64,000 nucleotides of DNA from the human T2T-CHM13v2.0 reference genome, Homo sapiens (GCF_009914755.1 NC_060930.1); one strand, 5' to 3'; positions 41,535 through 55,930 are shown, counted from the first letter of the stretch. The notes: generated by a model from the letters alone, not told the origin. Made by a program: numbers and translations.

Positions 41535-42105
41535 TTCCAAGCCAATCAGACCTTCCAGGATGGAAAATATTTCATATCCACCAGGAGCTGAGATGTGCCA
41601 CCTTCAGCCGCATTAGACTCTGGAACACAGACAAACAGAAGAAGCCATCCGGTAGTTTTCTCTTGATGTATATACCACAGAAAAGTCATGTGGTGAATAC
41701 AGTGTTGATGAAGAGGTTTTCGCCTGGGGCAAAACCATCTTAAAACTACTATAGTTTTCTAAAAGAGAAGGAGAAGTTACAGATGGAAGGGCTGGCACTA
41801 GTGCTTGTGGGCACAACTCCTTTCGGGATAAAAGAAATAAATCCACCTTTTAAAGCAATCAGGCAGGCTCAGCCCATCATGTGGATTTTTAATATTGCGT
41901 GTCTTTCCAGGATAAACTGTCACCTTGTTTCACATTGTATTAATCCAGTCTTAGCTATGATGGAAAATGTTCATAAGCCAGGGGGCAGCAAGTGCAATGA
42001 AGTGTTTCATTAGCCAGATGGGTCCTGATTAACCTCCAATGTCCAATGAGCAGCTGCACAGACCAGGCTCATTACTGTGTGGCTGGTGTACCAGAGTGTG
42101 GCGCT

Positions 42106-42454
<349 letters not shown>

Positions 42455-43340
42455 CTACATCTGTACCATTTCTTAAGGCGTTAAAGAGTGCAGGACGCAA
42501 CCAGACAACTTGGTCAGCCCTCCATCACACCTGCTCTCTGTTCTTTTATTTACCACATTCATACATGCTCATTTTTAAAAGTCAATCCAGAAATGTCCAT
42601 GCTAAATAAACAAAAGACGCTGCCCTGCCCCTTCCTCAACCAATTTCATTCCCCTCCCTCACAAAAAATTACTGCGGGCAGCTTGGCATGCCCTGTGTAA
42701 ACACACACCCACACGCACAGACACCATGTATGTGTCTGTGCCATTGTCATGTGTTTTGAGCTGTTTCCCAGCACTCTGTGTGGTGACCTAATGAGGCTCT
42801 CCATCCTCGTCGGCGCACATGGAACCCCCTCGTTCTCACTGAACAGCCTCAGGCTCCTTCACACGCTGCGTCTTCTTTACAGCCTGCCAGTTAAACCCAA
42901 TGTTTTTACCTTGGAAAATGTCACGGGCTGTTCTCCAGAAGCAGCAGTGAGCTGGTTCATTGACGTTTGGTGACTTGTTCAGTTGTGCTCCTCACATTCC
43001 ATTACTGCCACACCTACAGACACGTTGGTGTTTCACAAAAAGGCAAATTCCAAAAGGCGACTGGGAGGAGCTTGCTAGCCGAGGCTCTTCTGCAGAGTGT
43101 TTTTTGGTCTTAATGCTTCTGAAATGCATTTTAAAATAAGCCAAACTGGTCATGTGGCACCTGTGATATTATCTAGAAAAGTGTGACTTGAGGGAATTTC
43201 TCCAGAATCAAAGATGTCTGAACGTGTCTGCATGAACAGAACCCAGGACGCTCCTTACTAAGCAGGCTCTGCAGAACAAACGCAAGCCAGGAGGAAAAGA
43301 GGAAAACGTAGGTTGGTGACATGGTTTGGAATGGGGAAGT

Positions 43341-43343
<3 letters not shown>

Positions 43344-43372
<29 letters not shown>
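43344..43372. repeat. (GT)n microsatellite at an L1 tail
   Basis: About 14 GT units. Confidence 0.9.
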
Positions 43373-44297
<925 letters not shown>

Positions 44298-44329
44298 AAA
44301 GTATGTAAATTTGCTACTAGCTTACAAAA

Positions 44330-45690
44330 TACTTAATTGAGGCATAATTGACAAACACAGAGTTGGACATATTTAATGTGCGCAATTTGATGAGTTTGGA
44401 GATACACATGCAGCCATGAAGCCATCACTGCAGTAAATGCCGTAAATATATCCATCACCTCCACAAGCTTCCTCTTGCCCTATTCACTGATTTTGATAAG
44501 AATACTTGGCATCTACACTCTTGGGAAGTAGTTAAGTATATAAGGCAGGATTGTTACTATAGGCGCCATGCTGTACCCTAGATCTCCAGCACTTACTCAT
44601 CCTGCAGAACTGACACTTTGAACCTTTTGACCAATACCTCCCCCTCTCCTCCTGTCCCCAGCACCTGGTTACCATGATTCTACTGTCTGCTTCTATGAGT
44701 TATACCTGACACTAAGACTCTTAGGAAAAAAAAAAAAAAAAAGACAGAGAAAAAGCTTCCTGACTTTGGCCTTGGCAATAATTTTCTAAGTATGACCACG
44801 AAAGCACAGGCAACAAAAGCAAAGATAGGCAAATTGGATTTCATCAAACTATAAAGGCTCTGTACAGCAAAGGAAACAACCAACGAAAGGAAAATGCAAC
44901 CTACAGAATGGGAGAAGATATTTGAAAATCATATATTTGATAGAAGATTAATATTCATAGTATCTGAGGAACTTTTACAACTCAATAGCAGAAAAACAAA
45001 ATAACCAGATTGAAAACCGGGCAAAGAAATGGAATACGCATTTCTCCAAAGAAGACATACAAATGGCCAGCATGTATATGAAACAGTTGATATCACACTC
45101 ATCATCAGGGAAATACAAATCAGAACTCAGAACCATGATGAAATTTATTTCACATCCCTTAGAGTGACTATTTCATATGTGTGCGTGTGTTTATGTGGGT
45201 GCGTATATATAGGTGTGTGTGTATATATATATATACACATAGATACATATATATAAGTAAAAAAATGTTGGCGAAGATGTGGAGAAATTGGAACTCTTGT
45301 ACACTGTTGGTAGGAATGGAAAATGGTACAAGCATTATGGAAAACAGCATGGAGTTTCCTCAAAAAATTAAAAATAGAACTGCCATGTGACCCAGCAATC
45401 CCACTACTGGGTATATATGCAAAGGAATTGAAATCAGCATGTTGAAGAGATACCTTCTCTCCTGTGTTTATCGCAGCGTTATTCACAACAGCCAAGATAT
45501 GGAATCATGTCTTTTGATGGATGAATGGATAAAGAAAATGTAGTATTTAAATATAATGGAATATTATCTAGTTTTAAAAAAAGAAGAAGAATCTGCCATT
45601 TGTGACAACACCAATGATCCTAGAAGACATTATGCTAAGTGAAATAGGGCAGACACAGAAGAACAAATACTACAGGTTCTCGCTTATATG
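44330..45690 (-). mobile_element. L1MA-type element with 5' inversion
   Basis: 44330-44701 is antisense L1MA 3' UTR; 44702-45690 is the ORF2 end/3' UTR on the + strand, ending TTCTCGCTTATATG. Confidence 0.85.
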
Positions 45691-46499
45691 AAAAAGACAT
45701 TTGCTTTTCAAAAAAGATCTTGAGATTGTTATTTAATAGCCCAAGAGTAACTTAAGATTAATCATTGCAACTTGGCCCCGTTCTGGGGAAAAGGCATTTA
45801 TTTGAAGTTATTGTGTAGATAACCAATGTCATTTGATGGTTTTGAGTGATTTATAATCCTGGGGATTTCCGTTCTCCTCTGATTTGAAACAACAAGCATA
45901 TTCAGGAGACTTTGCCCCATTCTGACTGTTTCTATCACAGCTATGGTGCCTGGGTATTCTACCTTTCCAACACCAGCCTCTCGCTGCGTGTGTGAGAGAA
46001 AGAGATCAAAGCAGGAACAACAAAATCCAGATGCAAATTTACTACATAAATAAATGCTTTAATAGTCTGAAAATGTTTGTGACCTTTTATTTTTTAAAAC
46101 ATCTGCTCCTGCATTAGTCATGCTCTCTTCCAGTAATAATTAGCGAGTGTATTTATATATATCACTCAGGGCGAGTTCTTGTGATTTTTATGTGTCTAGT
46201 AGGGCTTTCCATCACAGCCCAGGAAGAAGGCCCCTTGAGAAGTTCTCCCTCTGGTCCACCAGCACCCCTTTCTCCTTTCCCAAACTCTCCCTTTCACCTG
46301 GCTCCTCCCAACCCTATGAACAGCTGAATCGCGTTTTCCTGCCACCCTCCTGAACACTGTCTTTCTGAGAGTGTTTTGAGAGTCTCTGATCACTCTCTTA
46401 CTCTACTTTTTTGTTTAAAAAGCTACTTCTACTCTATCACTGAATGAACAAGGCTGTTGGTTTGCCTCCAGCAACCAGCAACCGTTTACGCTTCCTACA

Positions 46500-46536
46500 C
46501 CCTAACCCTAACACTAACCCTAACCCTAACCCTAAC
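46500..46536 (-). repeat. Short interstitial telomeric sequence (TTAGGG)6, one variant unit
   Basis: CCCTAA CCCTAA CACTAA CCCTAA CCCTAA CCCTAA C. Confidence 0.92.
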
Positions 46537-46602
46537 CTTGAGCTGGGTGCAGGGGGCTTCTTTTCCTCTCTGTCTCTGGACATCTCTGGTGTACTTTTTC
46601 AG
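46526..46602 (+). other. Possible degenerate retro-copied TERC fragment (template plus adjacent pseudoknot-domain sequence)
   Basis: After CTAACCCTAAC the sequence TGAGCTGGGTGCAGGGGGCTTCTTTTCCTCTCTG...ACTTTTTCAG aligns by eye to remembered TERC TGAGAAGGGCGTAGGCGCCGTGCTTTTGCTCCCCG...ACTTTCAG. Confidence 0.4.
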
Positions 46603-48524
46603 AAAGTCTTTTCTGACTCAGAGTAAAGTGATGTGGCCAGACACCAAGACCCAATCCGACCAGGACTTTCATCTTTCATAGGCCTCAAAGTAATGGAAAA
46701 GAGCTGTTTAAACTCAGGAGATTTCCTCCTGGCGTGAAAGTCGGTGACATGTTCCTTCCTTTTTCTTCCTCTCTTGCCCCCAGCTGCAGTAATGTCCTTC
46801 CTTTCCCACCTCCACCAGTGTCTTCTTCCTTGTTCCCACCCCTACAGTTCCTGGTATGGAGTAAAAACGGTAATATTCCTGCTGGGCAGACATCCTGTGT
46901 GCAATCCCAACCACAGCTCACAAGGTGAGTTCTCTGAGGGAGCGAGGCAGGTATATCAGAAAGGGATTTATAGATAACTTAGATGAATCCCTTTTATCCC
47001 TGGGAGCAAAAAGAGCTGCCTAGGGCTGTGAGAAGTGATGGCTTCACTGTCTCTCTAACAAGTTCCCCCAGCATCAAGAGTCATTTTCTAATTCCCCTCT
47101 TTCAGTGTGGTTGGCCCTGTGGTGACTACCTGTCGTGGCTTAGAACTCTAAGGCATAGTTCCTTAAATATTTGATGCCTCTCATCTGCTGGAGGAGAGGT
47201 ACTAGAATTAGCCCCGCCCTTGAGGTCATCCAGTTCTTTTGTTCTCCCAGTATTGGTATAGTGTATGTAAATTTCTTTACTCTTGGAATAGGCCGATTTC
47301 AAAAGGAAGTCTCTAGTTGGCAAAGTGGCATATTTCTAGTGAATTTGGACTTTTCCTTGTGTCTCACAAGATATCCACCCTTCAGAAGTGGGATCCCTGG
47401 ACTTTTAACCTAGCTATCCTATTTGCAGGTTGGCCCCATCACCCCAAGCATCTCCTTCTCTGTATCCCCATCGGAAATATCATATCTTTCCCAAAAGGGA
47501 TGGAGAAGAACATCTTTTCTTGTGGAAATATGTCTCCCTCCTTGAATCTTTTTCCTGCCACACCCCATCAATGCCCCACAGCTGAGATGCAAATGTTAAC
47601 TAGTCCTAGGCCCCAGCCACGTAGGAAGTGAACTCTCTAGGTTTAACCTCTCCTCCCATACCAATGGGTAGCATCAGATCTAGTCCAGTGAAGAGGAGGG
47701 TAGGTCCTTCAAACCAAGGTCTTTTCCAATATCTCTTAGTTTATGTTTTGGCTGAAACCCAACTAAATTTAAACTAAAACATCAACATCAAAAGATATTA
47801 CGTTGCTTAGCCATGTCGCAAGCTCAACTTTAAAAAGAAGAATGTCTTTCTGTCAAACAGAGTGGTTTTGAGTCATTGTGGTCCAAACCCATGAAAAGAC
47901 AAATCTCTCCATTATGATGGCAGCCACTCTATTCATGGAGTCCAGAGATCCCCAGTATTGCACAGAGGCACAAATGAGCATCTCCCTGCTTCACCCAGAG
48001 CCTGGGAACATGAAGGATCAGCCCTTGATCAGATGATTTTAAGCTGCTGCTTCTTTTCATTAGGAGATGCTGGTTTGGAGACAAGTATGCTCTCATCCTG
48101 GACTCGCCAGCCTGGACCACAGTCTAGTCATGGGCTGCTGCTTGGACCAATCAGGGTGCCAAGTCCCAGGCGGGGGCTGGGAGAGGAAGGTGCTGGGCAT
48201 CAGTGTGGTGTCTGTACCAACAAGGAGGAAGGAGAAAGTAAAGATGAAGACAATACCAAGAGGCAATAGTGTGCAGAGAGGAAAGCGTCCTGAGTCTGGC
48301 CACCATTTGTAGAAGTGACACATGAAAGTCAGACATTCCATAGTCAGAATCTTTCCACATTTGATAAAAGAGTGTGAATATGTTAGTCCATCATCCAAAT
48401 GATTTATAGTATGTAATGCCAGCCCTCACTTATATGAAGGAATTCAACCAATGAGCTCAGACTCATACAAAGAGCAATGTGTGAACTCTAGTCATTGCTA
48501 GAGTACTCAGCTGAACCTCAAAAC

Positions 48525-48914
48525 TTGAGTATTAGTCCCCTTGGAATCTCATGTTAAAACTGAATCCCCATTGTAGTGATATTAAGTGGGTAAAAATCCA
48601 ACTATATCTGGTATTTGAGAGGTGAGACTTTTGGGAGGTAATCAGGATTAGATAAGATCATGAGGGTGAGGCGTTAGTGGTTTAAAAGAGAAAAAAGAGA
48701 GACCGGAGCTGGCATGCTCAGCCCCCTATGAGGTAATGCCCTGTGCCACCTAGGGATGGTGCAGTGAGTCCCCACCACAAGAAGACCCTCACCAGATGCA
48801 GCTTCTTGACCTTGGACTTTCCAGCCTCCAGAACTGTAAGATATAAATTCTTTTTTAAAATTAATTACCCAGTCTCAGGTGTTCAGTTATAGCAAGAGAA
48901 AAAGGACTAAGACC
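48525..48914 (+). mobile_element. MST-type (MSTC-like) MaLR solo LTR
   Basis: CTGGCATGCTCAGCCCCC...AGTCCCCACC...CCCTCACCAGATGC...CCAGCCTCCAGAACTGTAAG...GACTAAGAC. Confidence 0.85.
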
Positions 48915-50502
48915 TCCTCTCTCCAGAAAAATTTACATCCAAGCACACATTTTTACAAGCAATTTTGAGTGACTTCACAGATCATAAAGCCATATGAAGA
49001 ACTCTATCTTAGAATCATGCTGCACAACCTTTTTAGAAAATAATCCACATTTGGGAAATGTAAAAATCTCATATGCTCTTAATGTTAATTGCAAAACAGA
49101 CCAAATAGTGTAGCTTAAAAAAAAAAAGAGCAAAGTGGTGAGATGGAGACAAAGCTTTTCCTAACTAAGAGGCCCACTTTCAATTCTTGGAAATGACTGC
49201 CCTACAGATGCATGGAATAGCAGGCAGGGGAAAGGCTAAGCCCCAGCAATAGGAGTAATTAATATCACATAGCATTTGTGGGTTATTTCATTCTTGACAT
49301 ATGATCAGCTTTGATTCTTTCACAGTCCATAAGAGAGGTAGTATACATTTCATATTTAACTTGCCATGGTCACATGGCTAATAGATTTGAACCTGTGTCT
49401 TCTGTCTTTCAATCTTATGTTCAGCCTACTTTTTTTCTCCTGGTATACCTTATCTTGTTGAATCTATCAAAGTTTGCGATACCAAAGTGAACAAAGTTCA
49501 CATACAGCTAGAAGTTCATTCTGTCTCTGGAAAGAGACCTAGTAGGATGAGGAAGTTTGAGTGGTCCAATTGTCAATAAAATATGAGTCTATCAACTTTT
49601 TCCAAAAGAGCACTTTAAATCATTTTGTCATTTTCTACAAACAAAATAAGAAATGTTGATTATAGAAACTGTAACAATTGTAATTGTTACAATAATCAAT
49701 TATTAATAGAACTGGAATTTTAAATGAGAGTATGAAATAGTCATTTCCCCACTTTGGAACCTGGTGCATCTCTGTTGGAACATTGGGCCACTACCCTTTT
49801 CCAATCCAAGGACATGGCACTACATAGAGTGAGGGGCTACGTCCAAGCCAGGAGAGAAGGCAAAACGGGTGCAGGGAGGGAAGGCAGCGAGCGACTGCCT
49901 CTAAGCAAGGAAGTGGAGAGAATGGCCATGCTGTTGCTCCGAGATCCCAGAATCCTGCTATTATTACCAACCTATCAATTGGCTTTTCTGAATATCTGAG
50001 TCCAAGTAGATATTTTTAGATTTCTACTCTCTTGCTGTTTCAGTGATAAAATCATGAAAAAAACAACAGAGTAGAAACTCAAAAGTGCATTTTTTTTTTG
50101 TTACAGAGTGGGTTTTCGAATGGACAGGATGTTCTACACTGCTTACCCTGCAGTGTGACCTTTGCCTTCTTGACATCTCTCTCTGCAGCTGAGTAGAGGA
50201 AAGATAACTAAATAAACCTCCCACCTGCCCCTGTCATTCATCCAGATAAAAAAAGCATAATGAAAGGTTTTTGTTTTATTCTGAGGATATGGAGGGCACA
50301 ATTTTTCCCTTGATAACATCAGACTTGAACAACTGCTTTCTCTTCCCAGTTTCACAGCCACTAAAATTCCCGCATCTAGAATTGTGTTGTTGACCTCTTG
50401 TGCAAAAGGATGCTTCAGAGGGCATGGGGGACATTTTACACATAACCTACTGCTAATGAGCAGGGCTTTGTGCCAGACAAGTAGCTATTGCAGTTATTAC
50501 AT

Positions 50503-51227
50503 TGTATTAGTTAGGTAAAATGCAATAATAATGCTGTAACATGATCTCCCACATAAGACACAGTTTTTTCTCTTAATGCTGTGGCTTGAATGTGTCCCCC
50601 AAAGTTCATCTGTGGGAAATTTGATCCCCCGTATGGCCGTGTTGGGAGGTAAGATCTAATTGGAGATGTTTGTGTCAAGGGGGCACTGTTCTCATGCATG
50701 GATTGACGCCATTATCATGGGAATAGGTTTGTTATTGCAGGAGTGGGTTCCTTATGAAAGGATGAGTTTGGCTCTTTTGTCTCTCTCTTGCCCTCTCTCG
50801 CCCTTCCACCTTCTGCCATGAGATGATGTAAACAAGAAGGCCCCTCAATCTTGAACTTCCCAGCCCCCAGAAGCATGAGCCAAATAAGTTCCTTTTATTG
50901 TAAATTACCCAGTCAGTGCTATTCAACAGACTAAGACAGTTAGGTAGCAAGACAGTGATGAATGGTCCAAGGTGAGAGAGTCTTGACAGCACCTGGCTTA
51001 CAAGTTTCTCCAACTAACAGGAGAAAAACAGAGAAGAGACATCGAATGTATCTTCATTTCTACTCACCTCCCATTGGATCAAACTTAACCCCCGGTCACA
51101 AAGAGCTGCAAGGTAGACAAGAAAATGTGGTCTGCAGATGGGTGATCATGTTTCCAACAGCTAGAGGGGTTCCAGAAGGCACCATGGGAGAGTGGATACT
51201 GGAGAACAGTAAGCCACCTCTGTCACA
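50503..51227 (-). mobile_element. MLT1J-type LTR interrupted by an MST LTR
   Basis: TGTATTAGTTAGG...GCTGTAACA, resuming after 50938 with CCCATTGG...GCTGCAAGG...AAATGTGGTC...CTCTGTCACA. Confidence 0.65.
50577..50938 (+). mobile_element. MST-type (MSTD-like) MaLR solo LTR
   Basis: TGCTGTGGCTTGAATGTGTCCCCCAAAGTTCAT...CCTTCCACCTTCTGCCATGAGATGA...AAATTACCCAGTC...GACTAAGACA. Confidence 0.88.
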
Positions 51228-52442
51228 TGGGCTATCTACAGCTGGCTGGCTCGGCTGGAGATCAGCACATAATAAGGCTACACTCAGGAGTCATTTGAAC
51301 TGTCAGCCAGGTATGCTAGTTAATTTTACTCTATTCTGTGTTGGCACGTTGCCCTGCTACCTCATACCAATTTCTCCCGCCTAAGTCAACCCCAGTTATC
51401 ACTTATGGCTTCCTTAATGAATCTACCTGTAAATTCATAAATTAGTTCACACTTCAAGCAGTTGAACTTGTGTGCTGCCCATACAGTTTTCAGGTAATTG
51501 CCTTCTGCCTAGAGCATCAATTGTTAGTAATTTCTTGGTAATCTGTACTGACTATCATTTGCCCCTTTTATGTCCTATTTGTTATCACCCAAAGTTATCC
51601 ATTGGTGAATCAGAACAAAGAAGGAGGCACCCCTTGGACACCATGCTTCACCCTCTGGAGTCTCCAGCTTCTAGTACCTGTCCTACTTGCCCTGTGTAGT
51701 GTAGCCTTGGTTGGGCCATTGTGTCCTGTCCCTGTGACCTGAATTTTCCCCTCCAGTTCTTCTGGTGAAATGGGTAAGAAGGAAGCGATGAGCCAGAAGC
51801 ATCCATTACCTCTGTCAGGAGCTCTCAAAGCACCGTTCCTTCTGACAAGCACGTAGCTGCTGGAGTTGGATACACAACTGAAGAGAAGCTTGGAGAGCTC
51901 AAAGATCTTTGGGTATATATTTAATTGATCTGCATTACTATATTGATCCTATGAATTAAAGTTTACGTTTTTTATTTTTCATTCACAAAAGCACTAGGAA
52001 ACTGAGACAAAATTATTTTTCCAAGATTTCACTGTTGTGGAGCCAAAACCAGTGCTACTATTCATAATATCAACTTATAACCTAAGAACCCTACTTCTAG
52101 GCGTCCATGCTAAAGAAATAATCACATATGTAAACAAAGAGCTATGCACAGAGCCGTTCATCCAGCATTGTTTATTATAGCAAAACATTGGAAACTACCT
52201 AACTGTCCAACAAAAGGACAAGCATTAAGAACATTGCTTCTCAGATTTTAGTCACCTACAATTTTTCTACATTTACTTAACACTCTTTTTTAAATCTGCT
52301 TTAAACAAATTGACTCTTTTTCATTTAGCCTCATTCTAAGCAATAATGTCCATGACATAACATATACATAGAGTAGCTAGATATTTTTTCCTGATATACA
52401 TTAAAATGAATACTAAACTATTAAATTAAAGGTATTTATCTG

Positions 52443-53027
<585 letters not shown>

Positions 53028-54845
53028 TTAGCCATTAATAATCGCTAGGTGGTGAAATTAATTACTTGCTGTTTTCCCTTTTTTTGCATTGTATAAGTAT
53101 GCATTGATTCTAAACCAGGGACAGAAAAGCTTTATTTTTAGGTCTTCAATTAAGCATGAATCCGGGGAGTCAACAAGCTAGACGTTGCCCAAGGGCACCC
53201 ATGACACAGACAGATCTACAGTGCTGTAAGCATCAGGTAACGACTGCGTGGAGTGCCAGTGCTGCTCCCAATAAGGAAGCATCTCCCGATTGCTTATGCT
53301 CTTCCTGTCCCACGTTGGCTGCAGGAGTATCAGATGGTTTCCCAGGGACCTAAGTGGGAAGAATCCGAATAAGCCCCTCTGAGGACAAACAGATGTCCAA
53401 TAAGAAATGGTGGCTTTGATTGGCTTGTCACTAGCTGAGACCTCCCTGAGACACCTTAAAAGCCAGCCCTTGAGGCGTTTTCACAGGGTTCTCCATTTTT
53501 ACAGATGGGACCCGCCTGGCCTTCTAAGACCCTCCAGAATCAGAAACAGATGAGAAATCGTATGCTGCTGTCACACGTGAGAGCCACTAACCAACTCCGG
53601 TCTCACAGTATCCAACAAAAGGGAAAAGCCACTGCAGCTCATGCCCCTTGAAACTAGTTAGGGACCCGACCACATCTCCAAATACGCACGGGTACATACC
53701 CGTGCACACCCAAACTCAAACCAGATCCTCTTACATGACCATCAGTCCTGACCAAGGGCTTTTAGGTGTCGAGGGCTCTGGGAGTTCAAAGGAATGGCCC
53801 AGGACTATCCCTGTCTGTAGGTCAGCAAGGATTCCACCTCTGGCAAGGTGAAAATCTGGGCTTCTCCTAGACATAAAGGATGCCTGAGACAAGGTGGGGT
53901 ACTATCTTTTTCTTGGATTCGGCCCTAATGCTGACCTTCAATCAACTAACCTCAACAGACAAAGCTGGACTTAACTCCTGGAACTGCCCACTGGTACCTG
54001 TGGCCCTGGTCTCGGAGACATCCAGTACCCACACTCTCCTGTTTCACGCTATGCTGTTCAAGCACAGTGGGTGCCTCTACCTCAATTCTCTGACCCAGAT
54101 CCAAGCAGAGCAGAAGGCAGAGAAGAACAGGGAGACAGAACTCTAAGATATCCACGATCTTCTGAAACAAACTAGAGAAGAATGTCATGCCAGAGTAAGG
54201 CTTATATGTGGCCCAGAAACATCAGAGTGCCTGTGTCCCAAAGAGCAATGCTGTCACACTCAACTGTCATCCTAGGATGACCACATCACAAACCTGATAT
54301 GGATGCTCTCTTGTCCCAGGTCTGTGTTTTAAGAATATGAGAGGCATCTCAGTTTCTTTCAAAACCAAATCCTTCTTTCTGTGCAGAGTATTTGAAAACT
54401 GTACCATGAGCCTGGAAAATAGTGATCAGACTGGATACGAAACATGGTAAGGCCAGTAAGACAGTTGAGGAAGGACAAACGTGTCACTGTGTCCCTCAAA
54501 ATGGGATTGAGTCTGCCATCGATAAGCAGGAAAAAGTCAAAATAGACTCAAGGTACACACTGATGTTTCACTGCAATGTGTCAAAGTGGACCCAGTGCCT
54601 GACTTAAATCAGCATAAACATTCAAATAATGCAATCACTAGTTAAATGTAAATAAGAAGTTAAGGCCTTCTATTTTTTATATGCAGGATGTGAAAGTGAA
54701 TGGACAGCAGTATCCATCAATGGAATTTTTTTTTTAGCACAAGCTATTTGTGAAACTTTGTACAGGCTCTACGAAAAGAAGGAGAAAGATTTCTGTGGTT
54801 GAGATGCTCAGATTCTAGCTAGAGATACCCACTTTTAATGAATAC

Positions 54846-55288
54846 TGCAGCAGAAACTGCCCCATCCCCCCAGTACTTTTGTCTTCCTCTTGGTAATAAA
54901 ACCCCCTAAGTTTTAGCCATGCATATGGCTGCCAGGTCAAAACAATAATAAAAATACATTAACCAGCCTCCTTTGCAACTAGATATGGCCAGATGCATTA
55001 AATGAAGGGCAATGGGCTGTGAGTAGGAGTGAAGTGTAAAACAGTGCACAGTCTCCCATAAGAGAAAGATCCTTCCTGTGGATTCTCTCCTGGCCCCTTC
55101 CCCTTGGTTAGAAATGGCAATGATACCGCCATCTGGGAGGTCACAGGTTGAGCATGACAGAGCCACCGCACCAGCCCTAGACCACTCACCCCTGGACTGT
55201 GACCACCAGAAAGAAATTCCATCCTAATTAATTCACTACATTTAGAGTCTTTCCTAACAGCAGCTTAGATTATAACCAAACTAGTTAA
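54846..55288 (+). mobile_element. MLT1J-type MaLR LTR
   Basis: CTTGGTAATAAAACCCC...CCAGCCTCCTTTGCAACTAG...GCCATCTGGG...CAGCAGCTTAG...AACTAGT. Confidence 0.65.
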
Positions 55289-55691
55289 AAGACACAATTT
55301 CCTAACAGCAATACCCTGCTGTGGGAGGTAGAAGGGATGAGTAAAGGTCAGGAATTAATGATGGGTAGACAGGGAGCAGCATGGGCACAAGTGATCCATG
55401 AAAGGTGCTGCTAAGCTCAGACTAGAAGGGTGGGCAAGACCCAAAAGGGGCTGATAGGTAGAACTCAGGGGCTCTGTGAGCTCTTCTAAAGGGGTTAACA
55501 AGAGGGCAATCCTAGAAGGATGTGTGGACTGATAATGAACACAGTACAATGCACATAGTAGGCACCGAGCAAATATCTGAGTGAGGCCCATGTGGGGCTC
55601 ACATGATCACCCAAGCACGCAGGACACCATCCTACAGGCAGGTGTAAAGCAGCTGGTGGCATGGTGAAAGCAGTGCTTAAGGAAAATCAAC

Positions 55692-55880
55692 TTGGCAGAG
55701 GGGTCATGTGCAATGGGATGGGAGTTCTGATTGGCAGAGGTCATGTGCAATGGGATGGGAGTTCTGATTGGCAGAGGGGTCATGTGCAATGGGATGGGAG
55801 TTCTGATTGGCAGAGGTCATGTGCAATGGGATGGGAGTTCTGATTGGCACAGGTCATGTGCAATGGAATGGGAGTTCTGA
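55692..55880. repeat. Minisatellite, 39/37-bp units x5 (A-B-A-B-B')
   Basis: TTGGCAGAG(GG)GTCATGTGCAATGGGATGGGAGTTCTGA at 55692, 55731, 55768, 55807 and 55844. Confidence 0.97.
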
Positions 55881-55930
55881 AAAACATTTAAAAAACTAAG
55901 CAAAAAAATTCTGAAGGCTAGGGTTATAGA

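Noticed and set aside
44702-45500. L1 ORF2 C-terminal coding potential
   Set aside because: Broken by stops, frameshifts, an A run and a TA/TG microsatellite; dead fragment.
46500-46536. Chromosome-fusion or subtelomere signature
   Set aside because: Only six hexamers in one orientation, no head-to-head array and no subtelomeric repeat context.
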